Source: a virus
IMG/VR virus record: IMGVR_UViG_3300034283_002790
Span: 123,385-187,384 of that record
Length of the DNA stretch: 64,000 bases
Direction: 5' to 3' (one strand)
Of the stretch, positions 26,363-35,023 are shown piece after piece. How positions within the stretch are numbered: position 1 is the first letter of the stretch; each line of letters begins with the position of its first letter. A model generated the notes under the pieces. That model ran no database searches. It saw only the letters and a list, made by a program, of their open reading frames with translations, and was not told the DNA's origin. The position numbers were made by a program, and so were the translations under genes.

Positions 26363-26908
26363 CTACAAAATATCAATCAAATCATCTTGTGAAATATCTA
26401 TAAAATTATTTCCATCCATTAGCCAAGTTTCATTATTAAAGAGCATACAAGTTAATTTTTTTGGGTCGTTTTCTTTAAAGTAGTTATTTTCATTCATTTG
26501 CATAAAATTAAAAATTGTTGTAACTTTTTTTTCTTTTATTAACTGAATCTTATTCATAGAAATTATTGAATCGTCTAAATAATTGTATATTTTAATTTCT
26601 TCTAAAAAATCAACATCATCAAACTTTTCTTCATCATTTTTTATTAGACCCACAATATGTTTAATTAATTTATCTCTTTCTTCTTCCGTTGCTTTTGACA
26701 CCACAATTTTCACTTCATTGACATCTGATGAAATTAACGGTGTTGGTTTTTCTTTTTGAACATCTTGTTCCATACCTGCACCTGCTACAAATGAATCTTT
26801 TAGGTTTTTTTCCTCCATTGCTTTTGCTTGTTCTAAATCTTTAATTGTTAATTGACCCTCATTGCCGTAATATATTTCAATGAGAGTTTCTACTGCTGTC
26901 TGTTTCAT
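26363..26908 (-). CDS. MKQTAVE-family protein with a C-terminal extension
   Basis: MKQTAVETL...QAKAMEEKNL. Confidence 0.7.
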   Translation of the reverse strand: MKQTAVETLIEIYYGNEGQLTIKDLEQAKAMEEKNLKDSFVAGAGMEQDVQKEKPTPLISSDVNEVKIVVSKATEEERDKLIKHIVGLIKNDEEKFDDVDFLEEIKIYNYLDDSIISMNKIQLIKEKKVTTIFNFMQMNENNYFKENDPKKLTCMLFNNETWLMDGNNFIDISQDDLIDIL

Positions 26909-26919
26909 ATTATTTCTTT

Positions 26920-27258
26920 TTAATCATTCATATTGAGACCATAATCATCCAGAATAGTTCTGATTTGTTCTCTTAATTTGTCACAAATTTCGACTTCTTC
27001 ACTAGATGCTTCACCTGTTCCATTGAATTTTTGCCCATGTTTTACAGTTGATCTTAGCGTTTGATCTAAATCCCACATGGCTAATTTCCATTTGTAACCA
27101 TCCAGTGCGGTTCTTGCGTCTTGTGATTCTTCTACAGAATCAAATTCTATTATTATTTTTCCCATAATATCAAAATTACAAATTTTTATCCAAAGAATCA
27201 AGAAACTCGTTGAAATTTTTTTTGGATGGTGGTCGACCATCAATATTATGATGACCAT
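26920..27258 (-). CDS. Hypothetical protein (likely start MGKIIIEFD)
   Basis: ORF track. Confidence 0.6.
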   Translation of the reverse strand: MVIIILMVDHHPKKISTSFLILWIKICNFDIMGKIIIEFDSVEESQDARTALDGYKWKLAMWDLDQTLRSTVKHGQKFNGTGEASSEEVEICDKLREQIRTILDDYGLNMND

Positions 27259-27523
27259 TGTAGTAATTTCTTATTTTTTGAATTGTTTCATATACTTCAA
27301 TTTCTTCAAGCCCATCTCTTAAAGTGTTTTCCCAAATTGAAATTTCTTCATCGTCGTGGTAAAATCCTTCCGAACCGATATAATTATTTTTTACATTTTT
27401 ATCTTCAAACGCACCATCAGGACCCTTATTAACGTCGTCCGAAAGGTAAGGTATTTTATTTTCATTCATATTGAAATTATAATCAAAAAATTTTAATAAA
27501 TAAATAAGATGTGAAAGATCCAA
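27176..27523 (-). CDS. Hypothetical protein (likely start MNENKIP)
   Basis: ORF track. Confidence 0.55.
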   Translation of the reverse strand: MDLSHLIYLLKFFDYNFNMNENKIPYLSDDVNKGPDGAFEDKNVKNNYIGSEGFYHDDEEISIWENTLRDGLEEIEVYETIQKIRNYYNGHHNIDGRPPSKKNFNEFLDSLDKNL

Positions 27524-27740
27524 TTAAGTAACCACATGCAGAAGAAAATGACAATAAAATTCTTTGTTTCCAGTTTTTCGCATCAATCATAAATCCAACG
27601 AAAGGTAAACTTAAAAAGGGTCCTATAAATGCAAAAAACATCATACCAAATAAATTTTGATCAGAAACAAAACTTATATAAAAAGTGGATCCCAGTTCAA
27701 GTAAAAAGGCCGAAAAGGAAATTATTAGATACTTTCTCAA
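27483..27740 (-). CDS. Small multi-pass membrane protein
   Basis: Three hydrophobic segments. Confidence 0.6.
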   Translation of the reverse strand: MRKYLIISFSAFLLELGSTFYISFVSDQNLFGMMFFAFIGPFLSLPFVGFMIDAKNWKQRILLSFSSACGYLIGSFTSYLFIKIF

Positions 27741-29011
27741 CTGAATAATTTTTTTAATTTTTTATTTCTATGGAATGATAGTACAAACCGGTGAACTTCG
27801 TTTTGAATTTCAGCAAGTAGATACCCAAATTCATTTCGTGGAATGTCAACTGATGATCCATTAGTCAGGTGAATTGTTTGAGACTGGTGTTTGTCGTTTT
27901 TAGAAATAGAAATCAAATCAATACGAGATAACAAACCAAGAGATTCGAATACTTGTTTTGCAACACCCAACTGACCTTTACCACCATCAATGACAACAAG
28001 TGAAGGTAACTCTTGTTTTTCACTTAAAAGTCTTGTAAAACGACGATTCAAAACCTCATAGAAAGATGCGTAATCATCTGGACCTTCAACAGTTTTGATA
28101 TTGAACTTACGATAGTTTGACTTATCAGTTTTACCATTCTTGTAACGAACAAGAGCAGATACCTGACAATCACCGGCAGTGTGGGAATTATCAAACGCCT
28201 CAATTAATGTAGGAACATTGATTAGACCCAAAGACTCTTTGAATTGACGGGCAACATCATTATACTTTCTAACACGAAAAGGATCAAGTTTCTTTTCAAG
28301 TGAATCAACCACAGCGATTTTAGATTTGAAGTCATTTGCTTTTTCAAACTCCATAGATTCAGAAAAGTTTTTCATAGATTTTTTCAAACGACTACGAACC
28401 TTGTCAAACTCAAAAGAAAATAATTCTTTCATCTCACTTACAATCTTCTTGTAGGAGAACTTCATAATATTTGAAACACAAGGAGCATTACAACGACCAA
28501 GATGAAACTCCAAACAGGTTTTGAACTTTTCGTTTGAAATGTTTTCTTCAGTTAAGTTGTAAGAACAAGAACGAAGATCAAAAATATCATGAACCATTTC
28601 ATAGATCTCATAACAAGAGTTGGAACTTGTGGACTCCAAAAGAACCTCACCTGAAAAGTTAGAAGGATTACAAACCAAAAGTCTTGGAAAGTCCTCATCG
28701 GTCAAAGTAATAAACCAACGACGAGATCTGTCGTCTTTTGCTTTGATATTGTATTTTGGTTTCAAAGACTTGATAAGTTCATCCTCCAACAAAAGTGCTT
28801 GAGACTCATCGTTAGTACTCATGAACTCAACATCACGGATTTCATTCACAAGAAAAATAGTCTTTTGATCTTTGTGATTTTTTTGAAAGTAAGATTTTAC
28901 TCGTTTAGGTAAAAACTTTGACTTACCCACATAGATGATCTGACCTTTCTCGTTTTTGAAAAGGTAACAACCGCTTGACTGGGGAATGTTTGTGAGTTTC
29001 TCTTGAATCAT
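27737..29011 (-). CDS. uvrC: UvrC-like excinuclease lacking the C-terminal HhH domain
   Basis: GCYLFK...IIYVGKSK (GIY-YIG), Cys cluster, FEKA UVR motif, IEAFDNSH, DDYASF, VIDGGKGQL, NEVHRFVL. Confidence 0.9.
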   Translation of the reverse strand: MIQEKLTNIPQSSGCYLFKNEKGQIIYVGKSKFLPKRVKSYFQKNHKDQKTIFLVNEIRDVEFMSTNDESQALLLEDELIKSLKPKYNIKAKDDRSRRWFITLTDEDFPRLLVCNPSNFSGEVLLESTSSNSCYEIYEMVHDIFDLRSCSYNLTEENISNEKFKTCLEFHLGRCNAPCVSNIMKFSYKKIVSEMKELFSFEFDKVRSRLKKSMKNFSESMEFEKANDFKSKIAVVDSLEKKLDPFRVRKYNDVARQFKESLGLINVPTLIEAFDNSHTAGDCQVSALVRYKNGKTDKSNYRKFNIKTVEGPDDYASFYEVLNRRFTRLLSEKQELPSLVVIDGGKGQLGVAKQVFESLGLLSRIDLISISKNDKHQSQTIHLTNGSSVDIPRNEFGYLLAEIQNEVHRFVLSFHRNKKLKKLFS

Positions 29012-29015
29012 TTGA

Positions 29016-29047
29016 CAAAAATACCTATATTTAAACTATAAAACAAA
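29016..29047 (-). promoter_or_regulatory. Bacteroidota sigma-A type promoter for uvrC
   Basis: TTTG, N20, TATTTTTG. Confidence 0.65.
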
Positions 29048-29050
29048 CAA

Positions 29051-29764
29051 ATGGAAATAAAAAATTTTTTAACAATTGTTATTCCATGTAAAAATGAAAA
29101 AAGTATAATTCAAAAAACTTTGGACCTTTTGAATTATCAGTCAGATATTTGGGGAGTTAAAGTTGTAGTTTGCGACTCTTCAGATGATGGTATAACTAAA
29201 TTTGATATAATCGAAAGGTTAGAAATTAACTCAGATAAGTTTGACCTTTATTTGATGGATGGTGGATTACCTGCGGTTGCAAGAAACAACGGATTCAAAC
29301 TTGTTGAGACACCATATGTTTTATTTGTTGACTCCGATGTGTTTTTATTGGACCCAAAAATAATTAAAAGAGCATTTTTAAGAATACATAGACAAAAATT
29401 AGATTTAGTAACCACAAAGTTTAGAAGTGATAACGGTAAATACAATTATATTTACCGTTTGTTCGATTTTCTACAATTGGTGTCCAAATGGTCCACACCT
29501 TTTTGTTTGGGTGGCTTTATGATGATTAGGTCTGAAACATTTAAATCTCTTGGTGGATTTGATTCCGACATAAAAGTTGCGGAAGATTATCATTTTTCAA
29601 AACAAATTAAACCAAAAAAGTTCGGTAGAATAAATAATATTGTATTTACTCCTCCTAGAAGATTTGAGAACAAAGGTGTATTCTATATGGTCAAATTATT
29701 TTTAGGTTCTTTTTTCAATCACAAAAACAAGTCTTATTTCACTGAAGATAAAAATTACTGGTAA
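29051..29764 (+). CDS. Glycosyltransferase family 2
   Basis: TIVIPCKNE, VVVCDSSDD, ARNNG, FVDSD (DxD), GGFD...AEDY. Confidence 0.9.
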   Translation: MEIKNFLTIVIPCKNEKSIIQKTLDLLNYQSDIWGVKVVVCDSSDDGITKFDIIERLEINSDKFDLYLMDGGLPAVARNNGFKLVETPYVLFVDSDVFLLDPKIIKRAFLRIHRQKLDLVTTKFRSDNGKYNYIYRLFDFLQLVSKWSTPFCLGGFMMIRSETFKSLGGFDSDIKVAEDYHFSKQIKPKKFGRINNIVFTPPRRFENKGVFYMVKLFLGSFFNHKNKSYFTEDKNYW

Positions 29765-30114
29765 TGGAAATAACAAAAGTACCTTATAAAGAAGTTTATG
29801 AAAATTTTAAAGAAATCAAACCTGATTTATTAGATGAATATGCAACATATTATGGATGTTTCATTAAAGAAAAATTAGTTGGTATTGTTTCTTATGTAGA
29901 ACATGATTCTGTAATTTATTTATGTCACGCCTATGTTTTGGAAGATTATAGAAATAGAGGGATCTATAAATTACTCTGGAATTATAGGGATTCAAAAATT
30001 CATGAAACTAATAAAACCATTTATGCCCATTGTAATGTTGATAGTTTGAAATATTTCATAAACAACGGATTTTCGATCGAAAAAGCCCTTTTTAAAGTAG
30101 TTAAAGATAAATGA
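29764..30114 (+). CDS. GNAT family acetyltransferase
   Basis: KLVGIVS...HAYVLEDYRNRGIYKLL motif A. Confidence 0.8.
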   Translation: MEITKVPYKEVYENFKEIKPDLLDEYATYYGCFIKEKLVGIVSYVEHDSVIYLCHAYVLEDYRNRGIYKLLWNYRDSKIHETNKTIYAHCNVDSLKYFINNGFSIEKALFKVVKDK

Positions 30115-30827
30115 AAAAATGGAAAACCGTGATCATGAGTGATTTACATTTAGGATCCAGACAATCTCAAACAGATAAAATTTTGAAATTTTTTAATGAG
30201 AATGAAACTGAGAAGTTAATTTTAAACGGTGATATAATTGACGGATGGGCAATCAGAAGTGGTGGAAAATGGAATAACGATTGCACTAAAATAATTAGAA
30301 AAATTATCAAACTCTCAGAAAACAAAACACAAGTAATTTATATTCGGGGAAATCATGATGATTTTTTAAAAGATTTTATACCTTTTAAATTAAACAATAT
30401 TGAAATTGTAAGAATGTATAATCACGTTGGGATTGATTGTAGAAATTATTATTGTTTTCATGGAGATGTTTTGGATTTTGTTATAATGAAAGCCCGATGG
30501 TTGGCAGTAATTGGTGGATGGTCTTATGATTTTGTCATTCGTTTGAATACTCTTTATAATAAGATTAGAAAGTTATTGAACTTGAACTATCATTCTCTAG
30601 CAAATGATATTAAACAATCAGTTAAGGGTGCAATAAATTTTGTTTCTGATTTTGAGTCTGGTGCCAAAGGATTAACCAAGGAAAAAGGATTTGATGTCGC
30701 AGTTTGCGGACATATTCACCAACCGAAATTAGAAATTGATTACATGAATTCTGGTGATTTTTGTGAAAACTCAACTTGTTTAGTCGAGGATAAAAAAGGG
30801 AACTGGAAGATCCTCAATATTGACTAG
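30111..30827 (+). CDS. LpxH-like (UDP-2,3-diacylglucosamine diphosphatase family) metallophosphoesterase
   Basis: SDLHLG, LNGDIIDGW, RGNHD, HGD, CGHIHQP, NSGD. Confidence 0.85.
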   Translation: MKKWKTVIMSDLHLGSRQSQTDKILKFFNENETEKLILNGDIIDGWAIRSGGKWNNDCTKIIRKIIKLSENKTQVIYIRGNHDDFLKDFIPFKLNNIEIVRMYNHVGIDCRNYYCFHGDVLDFVIMKARWLAVIGGWSYDFVIRLNTLYNKIRKLLNLNYHSLANDIKQSVKGAINFVSDFESGAKGLTKEKGFDVAVCGHIHQPKLEIDYMNSGDFCENSTCLVEDKKGNWKILNID

Positions 30828-30831
30828 ACTA

Positions 30832-32064
30832 TTAAGAAAAAACTTCAGGTAAATCGTCCCAGGATGTGGTATATTTTTGTGTAAGAAACTCTTGTCTCAT
30901 GTGCCAATTTTTAACTGGATTGTTTGGTACTGATTGAGTTTCAAAAACTTCATCAAATAAAGACTTTTGTATGACATTGTCTGGAGTTAAATCATTAAAG
31001 ATTATTCCACACTTTTTATATTGTTTGTTTTGTTCACACAACTCTTTAAATGATTTATATATTTGCGACCAGATTAATTGATTATCTCGAGTTGGTGTAT
31101 TTAAAGAAATTGTTTTTGAATAATGGTACTTGTTTCCCTTATGGTAATTACCACTAACAAAAATTGTGACTTTTTTACTTAATACTTTATTTTGTTTTAA
31201 TTTTTTAGTCCCCGTTTCTATATAACTAAACATAGCCTCAGACAACTGACTAAAATCATCAACATCTTTTCCAAATGATCTGGTGGATGCAATATTTTTT
31301 TTCAACTTAGTTTTTTCTTGGATCTGAAAACAATAAAATTCTTGTAATTCTAATTTAGTTCTCACACCATTAATATTCATCAACTTTTTTACTAAGTTTT
31401 CATTAGTGTCTATGAATTGACCAATACTTTCAATACCAAGATTTTTCAATTTTTTTGTCCATTTTCTTCCAACACCCCAAACTTCGTTAATATCAATTTT
31501 GTATGAAATTGATTTAAAATTTTTCAAACTCCAGTAAGAACATATTCCATCATAGTTTGGTTGTTTTTTTGCCATGTATGAGGTCAATTTTGCCAATGTT
31601 TTATTTGGTCCAACACCAATAGACACTGGTATTCCAACCCGTCTTAGAACCTCATCCTTGATTTTTATTAAGGTTTGATTCAATTTTTTAGAAGGTATAT
31701 GAGATAGGTCTATGAATGCTTCATCAATTGAATACACTTCAATATTGGTAACAAACTCAGAAATAACTTTCATTACCCGGTCAGAAAGATCCCCATAAAG
31801 GTTATAGTTTGAAGAATAAACACAGAATTTGTGTTCTTCCATGAATTCTTTAGATTTAAAAAATGGTTCCCCCATTTTAATTCCTAAATCTTTTGCTTCT
31901 TGTGATCGGGCAATTATTGCCCCATCATTATTTGATAAAACAACTGTTGGTTTACCGACCGATTCTGGATTAAACAATCTTTCACATGAGCAATAAAAAT
32001 TATTGCAATCCACAATACCAATTACTTTTACACTTTTTTTAAGATCCATGTTATTTTCCCCCAT
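30832..32064 (-). CDS. umuC: Y-family DNA polymerase V catalytic subunit
   Basis: VDCNNFYCSCE, VVLSNNDG, SSNYNLYGDLS, YSIDEAF, IGVGPNKTLAK, C-terminal W.MRQE.L...YTT.W. Confidence 0.95.
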   Translation of the reverse strand: MGENNMDLKKSVKVIGIVDCNNFYCSCERLFNPESVGKPTVVLSNNDGAIIARSQEAKDLGIKMGEPFFKSKEFMEEHKFCVYSSNYNLYGDLSDRVMKVISEFVTNIEVYSIDEAFIDLSHIPSKKLNQTLIKIKDEVLRRVGIPVSIGVGPNKTLAKLTSYMAKKQPNYDGICSYWSLKNFKSISYKIDINEVWGVGRKWTKKLKNLGIESIGQFIDTNENLVKKLMNINGVRTKLELQEFYCFQIQEKTKLKKNIASTRSFGKDVDDFSQLSEAMFSYIETGTKKLKQNKVLSKKVTIFVSGNYHKGNKYHYSKTISLNTPTRDNQLIWSQIYKSFKELCEQNKQYKKCGIIFNDLTPDNVIQKSLFDEVFETQSVPNNPVKNWHMRQEFLTQKYTTSWDDLPEVFS

Positions 32065-32348
32065 ATATTAATTTGATCCTCATAACGTTTTATTTTAAAA
32101 ACCCCATCTTCAACAATAATAATCAAGTCACCTGTTTTTAATTTTTTATTTCTATCGATAACTAAAGTATCACCGGGTTTGATATCTTCAATGTTTGGTC
32201 CAGAATATCTGAAATAGAATGTGGAATATGAATCATCCACTATCAATTCATTTAAGTCCAATCTTTTATCAACATATGTTTCTGCTGGGGAAGAAAATCC
32301 CGTAGTTTGTGATTTGATCAATAAATAATCTTTATCAAAGATTCCCAT
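32028..32348 (-). CDS. umuD: UmuD-like S24 protein, apparently lacking the catalytic serine
   Basis: GFSSPAETYVDKRLDLNEL matches UmuD; SGDSM replaced by SGPNI; FKIKRY lysine retained. Confidence 0.75.
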   Translation of the reverse strand: MGIFDKDYLLIKSQTTGFSSPAETYVDKRLDLNELIVDDSYSTFYFRYSGPNIEDIKPGDTLVIDRNKKLKTGDLIIIVEDGVFKIKRYEDQINIWGKITWILKKV

Positions 32349-32352
32349 AAAA

Positions 32353-32781
32353 TTATTCTTCGGTTTTGTTTTCTAAATAATACTTTTCAAACACTGAGAG
32401 ACTTTTAATTCCCTGGTCTATGATTTTATCCAAAACAGAATTAACGGTTAAATTCTCAGTAAGATGTTTGTTTAACTTACTTATCAAATTTTCCGTAATT
32501 TCATTATTATTCGATAGTAACTGGTCGGTTATGTCTTTAATAGTAAATTTAATATTATACTTATTTAATACACTTTCAATTTTTTCTTTTAGTTTATCTT
32601 CAAGAAAAAAAATATCCCAGGATCTATTATCATCTCCTCCGGTATCATTTATTCCAGTCATCGTTAATACTATGGCCCATTTTGATTCTTCTGGGGTCAT
32701 TTTATCCCATAGAAGTTCCGACATTTCAGCAACTCCATGTGAATAATAATATTTTAATATTTTGTAATTTGTGTAATCCAT
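32353..32781 (-). CDS. Hypothetical protein
   Basis: 142 aa ORF. Confidence 0.65.
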   Translation of the reverse strand: MDYTNYKILKYYYSHGVAEMSELLWDKMTPEESKWAIVLTMTGINDTGGDDNRSWDIFFLEDKLKEKIESVLNKYNIKFTIKDITDQLLSNNNEITENLISKLNKHLTENLTVNSVLDKIIDQGIKSLSVFEKYYLENKTEE

Positions 32782-33185
32782 CAGAGTTTTATTTTTTTTG
32801 GTTTTCTATTTTTATTGATTAACTCTATAAATTTATTTTTACCCTCTTTGGTCACGTTTTTATGACCAAATGTTTCTGTCTGTGAATGACAATTCGGACA
32901 CAAGACTTTTAAATTATAAAAATTATTGTTTTTTCGATTTCCGTCAACATGGTCAACCTGAAATGTTAAAGGTTTTTTATTCCAATCACTTATTCCACAA
33001 CTTTCGCAAGTGTTGCCTCTGATTCGTTTAACATACTTTGACATTGCATTATTCCAGGTGGTCCCTGTTTGAAATCTTTTATCGAGATGGTGGTCTCCTT
33101 GACATCGGTTTGAACAAAACTTACCATGGGATTGACTGGGTAAGTAGGAAAATTTATTATTACATTGTAAACAAATCCCGTACAT
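32781..33185 (-). CDS. HNH endonuclease
   Basis: CESCG...FQVDHVDGNRKNN...NLKVLCPNCHSQT. Confidence 0.9.
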   Translation of the reverse strand: MYGICLQCNNKFSYLPSQSHGKFCSNRCQGDHHLDKRFQTGTTWNNAMSKYVKRIRGNTCESCGISDWNKKPLTFQVDHVDGNRKNNNFYNLKVLCPNCHSQTETFGHKNVTKEGKNKFIELINKNRKPKKIKL

Positions 33186-33196
33186 AAAATTTATTT

Positions 33197-33466
33197 TTAA
33201 AGTTCTTGAACTTTTTTCATGACATCAGTTACATCTTCTTCACTCAAGTAACCAATTACGTCACTTGTCACAGGAGTCTCATAAGTCAAAAGACCATCTT
33301 TATCTAAAACGGCCACTTCATAAAGTCCATCACGACCTCCGTATGAATGAGTGTGTGATACAACAGATACACCAAAGCCGTTGTCAAATTGCATACGACC
33401 TTTTTTACCAACCATAAATGGTTCGTCATTTAATTGTTCAAATTCTAAATCTTCAAAAGTTTTCAT
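33197..33466 (-). CDS. Conserved-type phage hypothetical protein (MKTFEDLEF...)
   Basis: FDNGFGVSVV...SYGG..GLYEVAV; the ORF-track 5' extension is the tRNA-Asp gene. Confidence 0.7.
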   Translation of the reverse strand: MKTFEDLEFEQLNDEPFMVGKKGRMQFDNGFGVSVVSHTHSYGGRDGLYEVAVLDKDGLLTYETPVTSDVIGYLSEEDVTDVMKKVQEL

Positions 33467-33490
33467 ATTTTTTAATTTTAATAAGTTTTG

Positions 33491-33563
33491 CGGTCCCGAC
33501 GGGATTCGAACCCGTATCTCGCACCGTGACAGGGTGGAATTGTAACCATTCAACCACGGGACC
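33491..33563 (-). tRNA. tRNA-Asp (GTC), CCA not encoded
   Basis: Acceptor stem GGTCCCG/CGGGACC, anticodon loop CTGTCAC, T-arm ACGGG-TTCGAAT-CCCGT; 73 nt. Confidence 0.92.
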
Positions 33564-33575
33564 AAGTTAATTTAG

Positions 33576-33642
33576 CAGTCAGGACAGGATTCGAACCTGT
33601 AATCCTCATTTACGATGCGTACTCCAATAACGCCACCTGACT
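33576..33642 (-). ncRNA. tRNA-like RNA with a truncated anticodon arm (67 nt)
   Basis: AGTCAGG/CCTGACT acceptor stem, D-arm GCGT/ACGC, T-arm ACAGG-TTCGAAT-CCTGT; only 16 nt between the D and T arms. Confidence 0.7.
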
Positions 33643-33718
33643 ATTTTCTCGTCTTTCCGAGATGTCAATACGGATATTTTGTGTACAATTCAGGACTCTC
33701 ATATTGCTTCCTTAGTTG

Positions 33719-33801
33719 AAGTCAGGATAGGATTCGAACCTACAATGAGCAACCATCTATAACAGATGGATTCAACACCATGTCTCTTTACACTCCTGAC
33801 T
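33719..33801 (-). ncRNA. tRNA-like RNA with a non-canonical interior (83 nt)
   Basis: Same AGTCAGG/CCTGACT acceptor stem and T-arm GTAGG-TTCGAAT-CCTAT; interior hairpin CCATCT-GTTAT-AGATGG; no standard anticodon arm. Confidence 0.65.
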
Positions 33802-33813
33802 AACTTTTTTTTA

Positions 33814-33845
33814 CAAATGTAAAACATATATTTAGATTAATCAAA
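33814..33845 (-). promoter_or_regulatory. Bacteroidota sigma-A type promoter for the tRNA cluster
   Basis: TTTG, N20, TACATTTG. Confidence 0.8.
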
Positions 33846-33861
33846 TTTTTTTCGTAAAAAA

Positions 33862-34098
33862 CTAATTTAAGTTTGAAAAATAAATTAGTTCTTCTTTTTT
33901 TTCCAATTTTAACAATAAAGGTTGTGTAATACTAATCATTGAGTTATGATCATTGATTTTTTCCATAATTTGTTTTTGGAAATTGTAAATTAAATTTTTG
34001 GTAGTTTGGGTGTGTTCAAATGTTTGACATGACTCGATTACTTTTTCAATCCAGTCTTGGATATTACTGAAACTCTTAATTCTTTTTTCCATTTTCAA
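33862..34098 (-). CDS. Hypothetical protein
   Basis: WIEKVIESCQT motif; 78 aa. Confidence 0.6.
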   Translation of the reverse strand: MKMEKRIKSFSNIQDWIEKVIESCQTFEHTQTTKNLIYNFQKQIMEKINDHNSMISITQPLLLKLEKKEELIYFSNLN

Positions 34099-34492
34099 TT
34101 TTTTTTCTAAGGTTTGAAGTTGAGAAATCGTGGGATCTTTTATTATAGTAGATCTCTATACCTCGTTCTAAACAAATTTGTCTTCCCGTGAAATCTTTGT
34201 TCTTATAATCTTCACCGATGATTCTCACGTCAAAATTAAATGATTTAAAAATATTTTCCAAATCTTTTTCATTTTCATATGGAATTATTTCATCCACAAA
34301 CTTACATCCTTTAAGTTGTATGAACCTTTCTAAAACAGATTGTACCGGTTTATTTTTTTCTGGTCTATCAGATGTAGGGTCAGTTTGAAACGCAACGTAT
34401 AAAAAATCACAAACCTCCTTACATTCCTGGAGCATTAAAATATGTCCAGCATGTAATAAATCAAAACAAGAGCAAGTAATTCCAATTCTCAT
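34076..34492 (-). CDS. Cytidylyltransferase (TagD/RfaE-like)
   Basis: ITCSCFDLLHAGH (HxGH), KPVQSVLER, IIGEDY, R.HDFSTS. Confidence 0.9.
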   Translation of the reverse strand: MRIGITCSCFDLLHAGHILMLQECKEVCDFLYVAFQTDPTSDRPEKNKPVQSVLERFIQLKGCKFVDEIIPYENEKDLENIFKSFNFDVRIIGEDYKNKDFTGRQICLERGIEIYYNKRSHDFSTSNLRKKIENGKKN

Positions 34493-34501
34493 AAAAATTA
34501 A

Positions 34502-34801
34502 TTAGTTTTGGTCCCCAAACATTAGTTTATATTTTCTATCAAAAACTTTTAAAATTTCAATCAATTCTTCAATATCATCAAAGTCCCATTTTTCTGTTTG
34601 AATCCAGAATTTTGGTCCTGTATGACATGTGTCGGTCGAGATTTTTAAAACATTCATTAAACTTTGTCTCTCACATAAATTTGTGGATTGTGAAAATGTT
34701 AATGAAAATCCTTCAGCAACTATTTCATAATTTTCATGGGGAGTTTCAATTACTTGTTTTTCAGGTTCTGGAACATCTATTTGTGATTGTTTTTTTTTCA
34801 T
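34502..34801 (-). CDS. Hypothetical protein
   Basis: 99 aa ORF. Confidence 0.6.
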   Translation of the reverse strand: MKKKQSQIDVPEPEKQVIETPHENYEIVAEGFSLTFSQSTNLCERQSLMNVLKISTDTCHTGPKFWIQTEKWDFDDIEELIEILKVFDRKYKLMFGDQN

Positions 34802-34804
34802 AGT

Positions 34805-35023
34805 TTAGAGTTTTACTAATAAGATACCTGGATTGATAGAATCAACTTCATAATTCATATTATAATCGTGAAGTGTATTTTTTACTAGATTTTTCATTAT
34901 TTGACTATGTCCTGTAATAATATGAACTTCTTTTTTATTTTTTTTCATAGACTCCCACAAAAATTGATCAATTTTGTTTGAGACATCCAAGTGACGAGTA
35001 CCATGCAGATCTAATGAATCCAT
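34805..35023 (-). CDS. Stand-alone Smr (small MutS-related) domain protein
   Basis: LDLHG...VHIITGHS...NPG. Confidence 0.8.
   Translation of the reverse strand: MDSLDLHGTRHLDVSNKIDQFLWESMKKNKKEVHIITGHSQIMKNLVKNTLHDYNMNYEVDSINPGILLVKL

Noticed and set aside
33467-33565. N-terminal extension of ORF 33197..33565
   Set aside because: This stretch is the tRNA-Asp gene. The protein most likely starts at MKTFEDLEF (33466).
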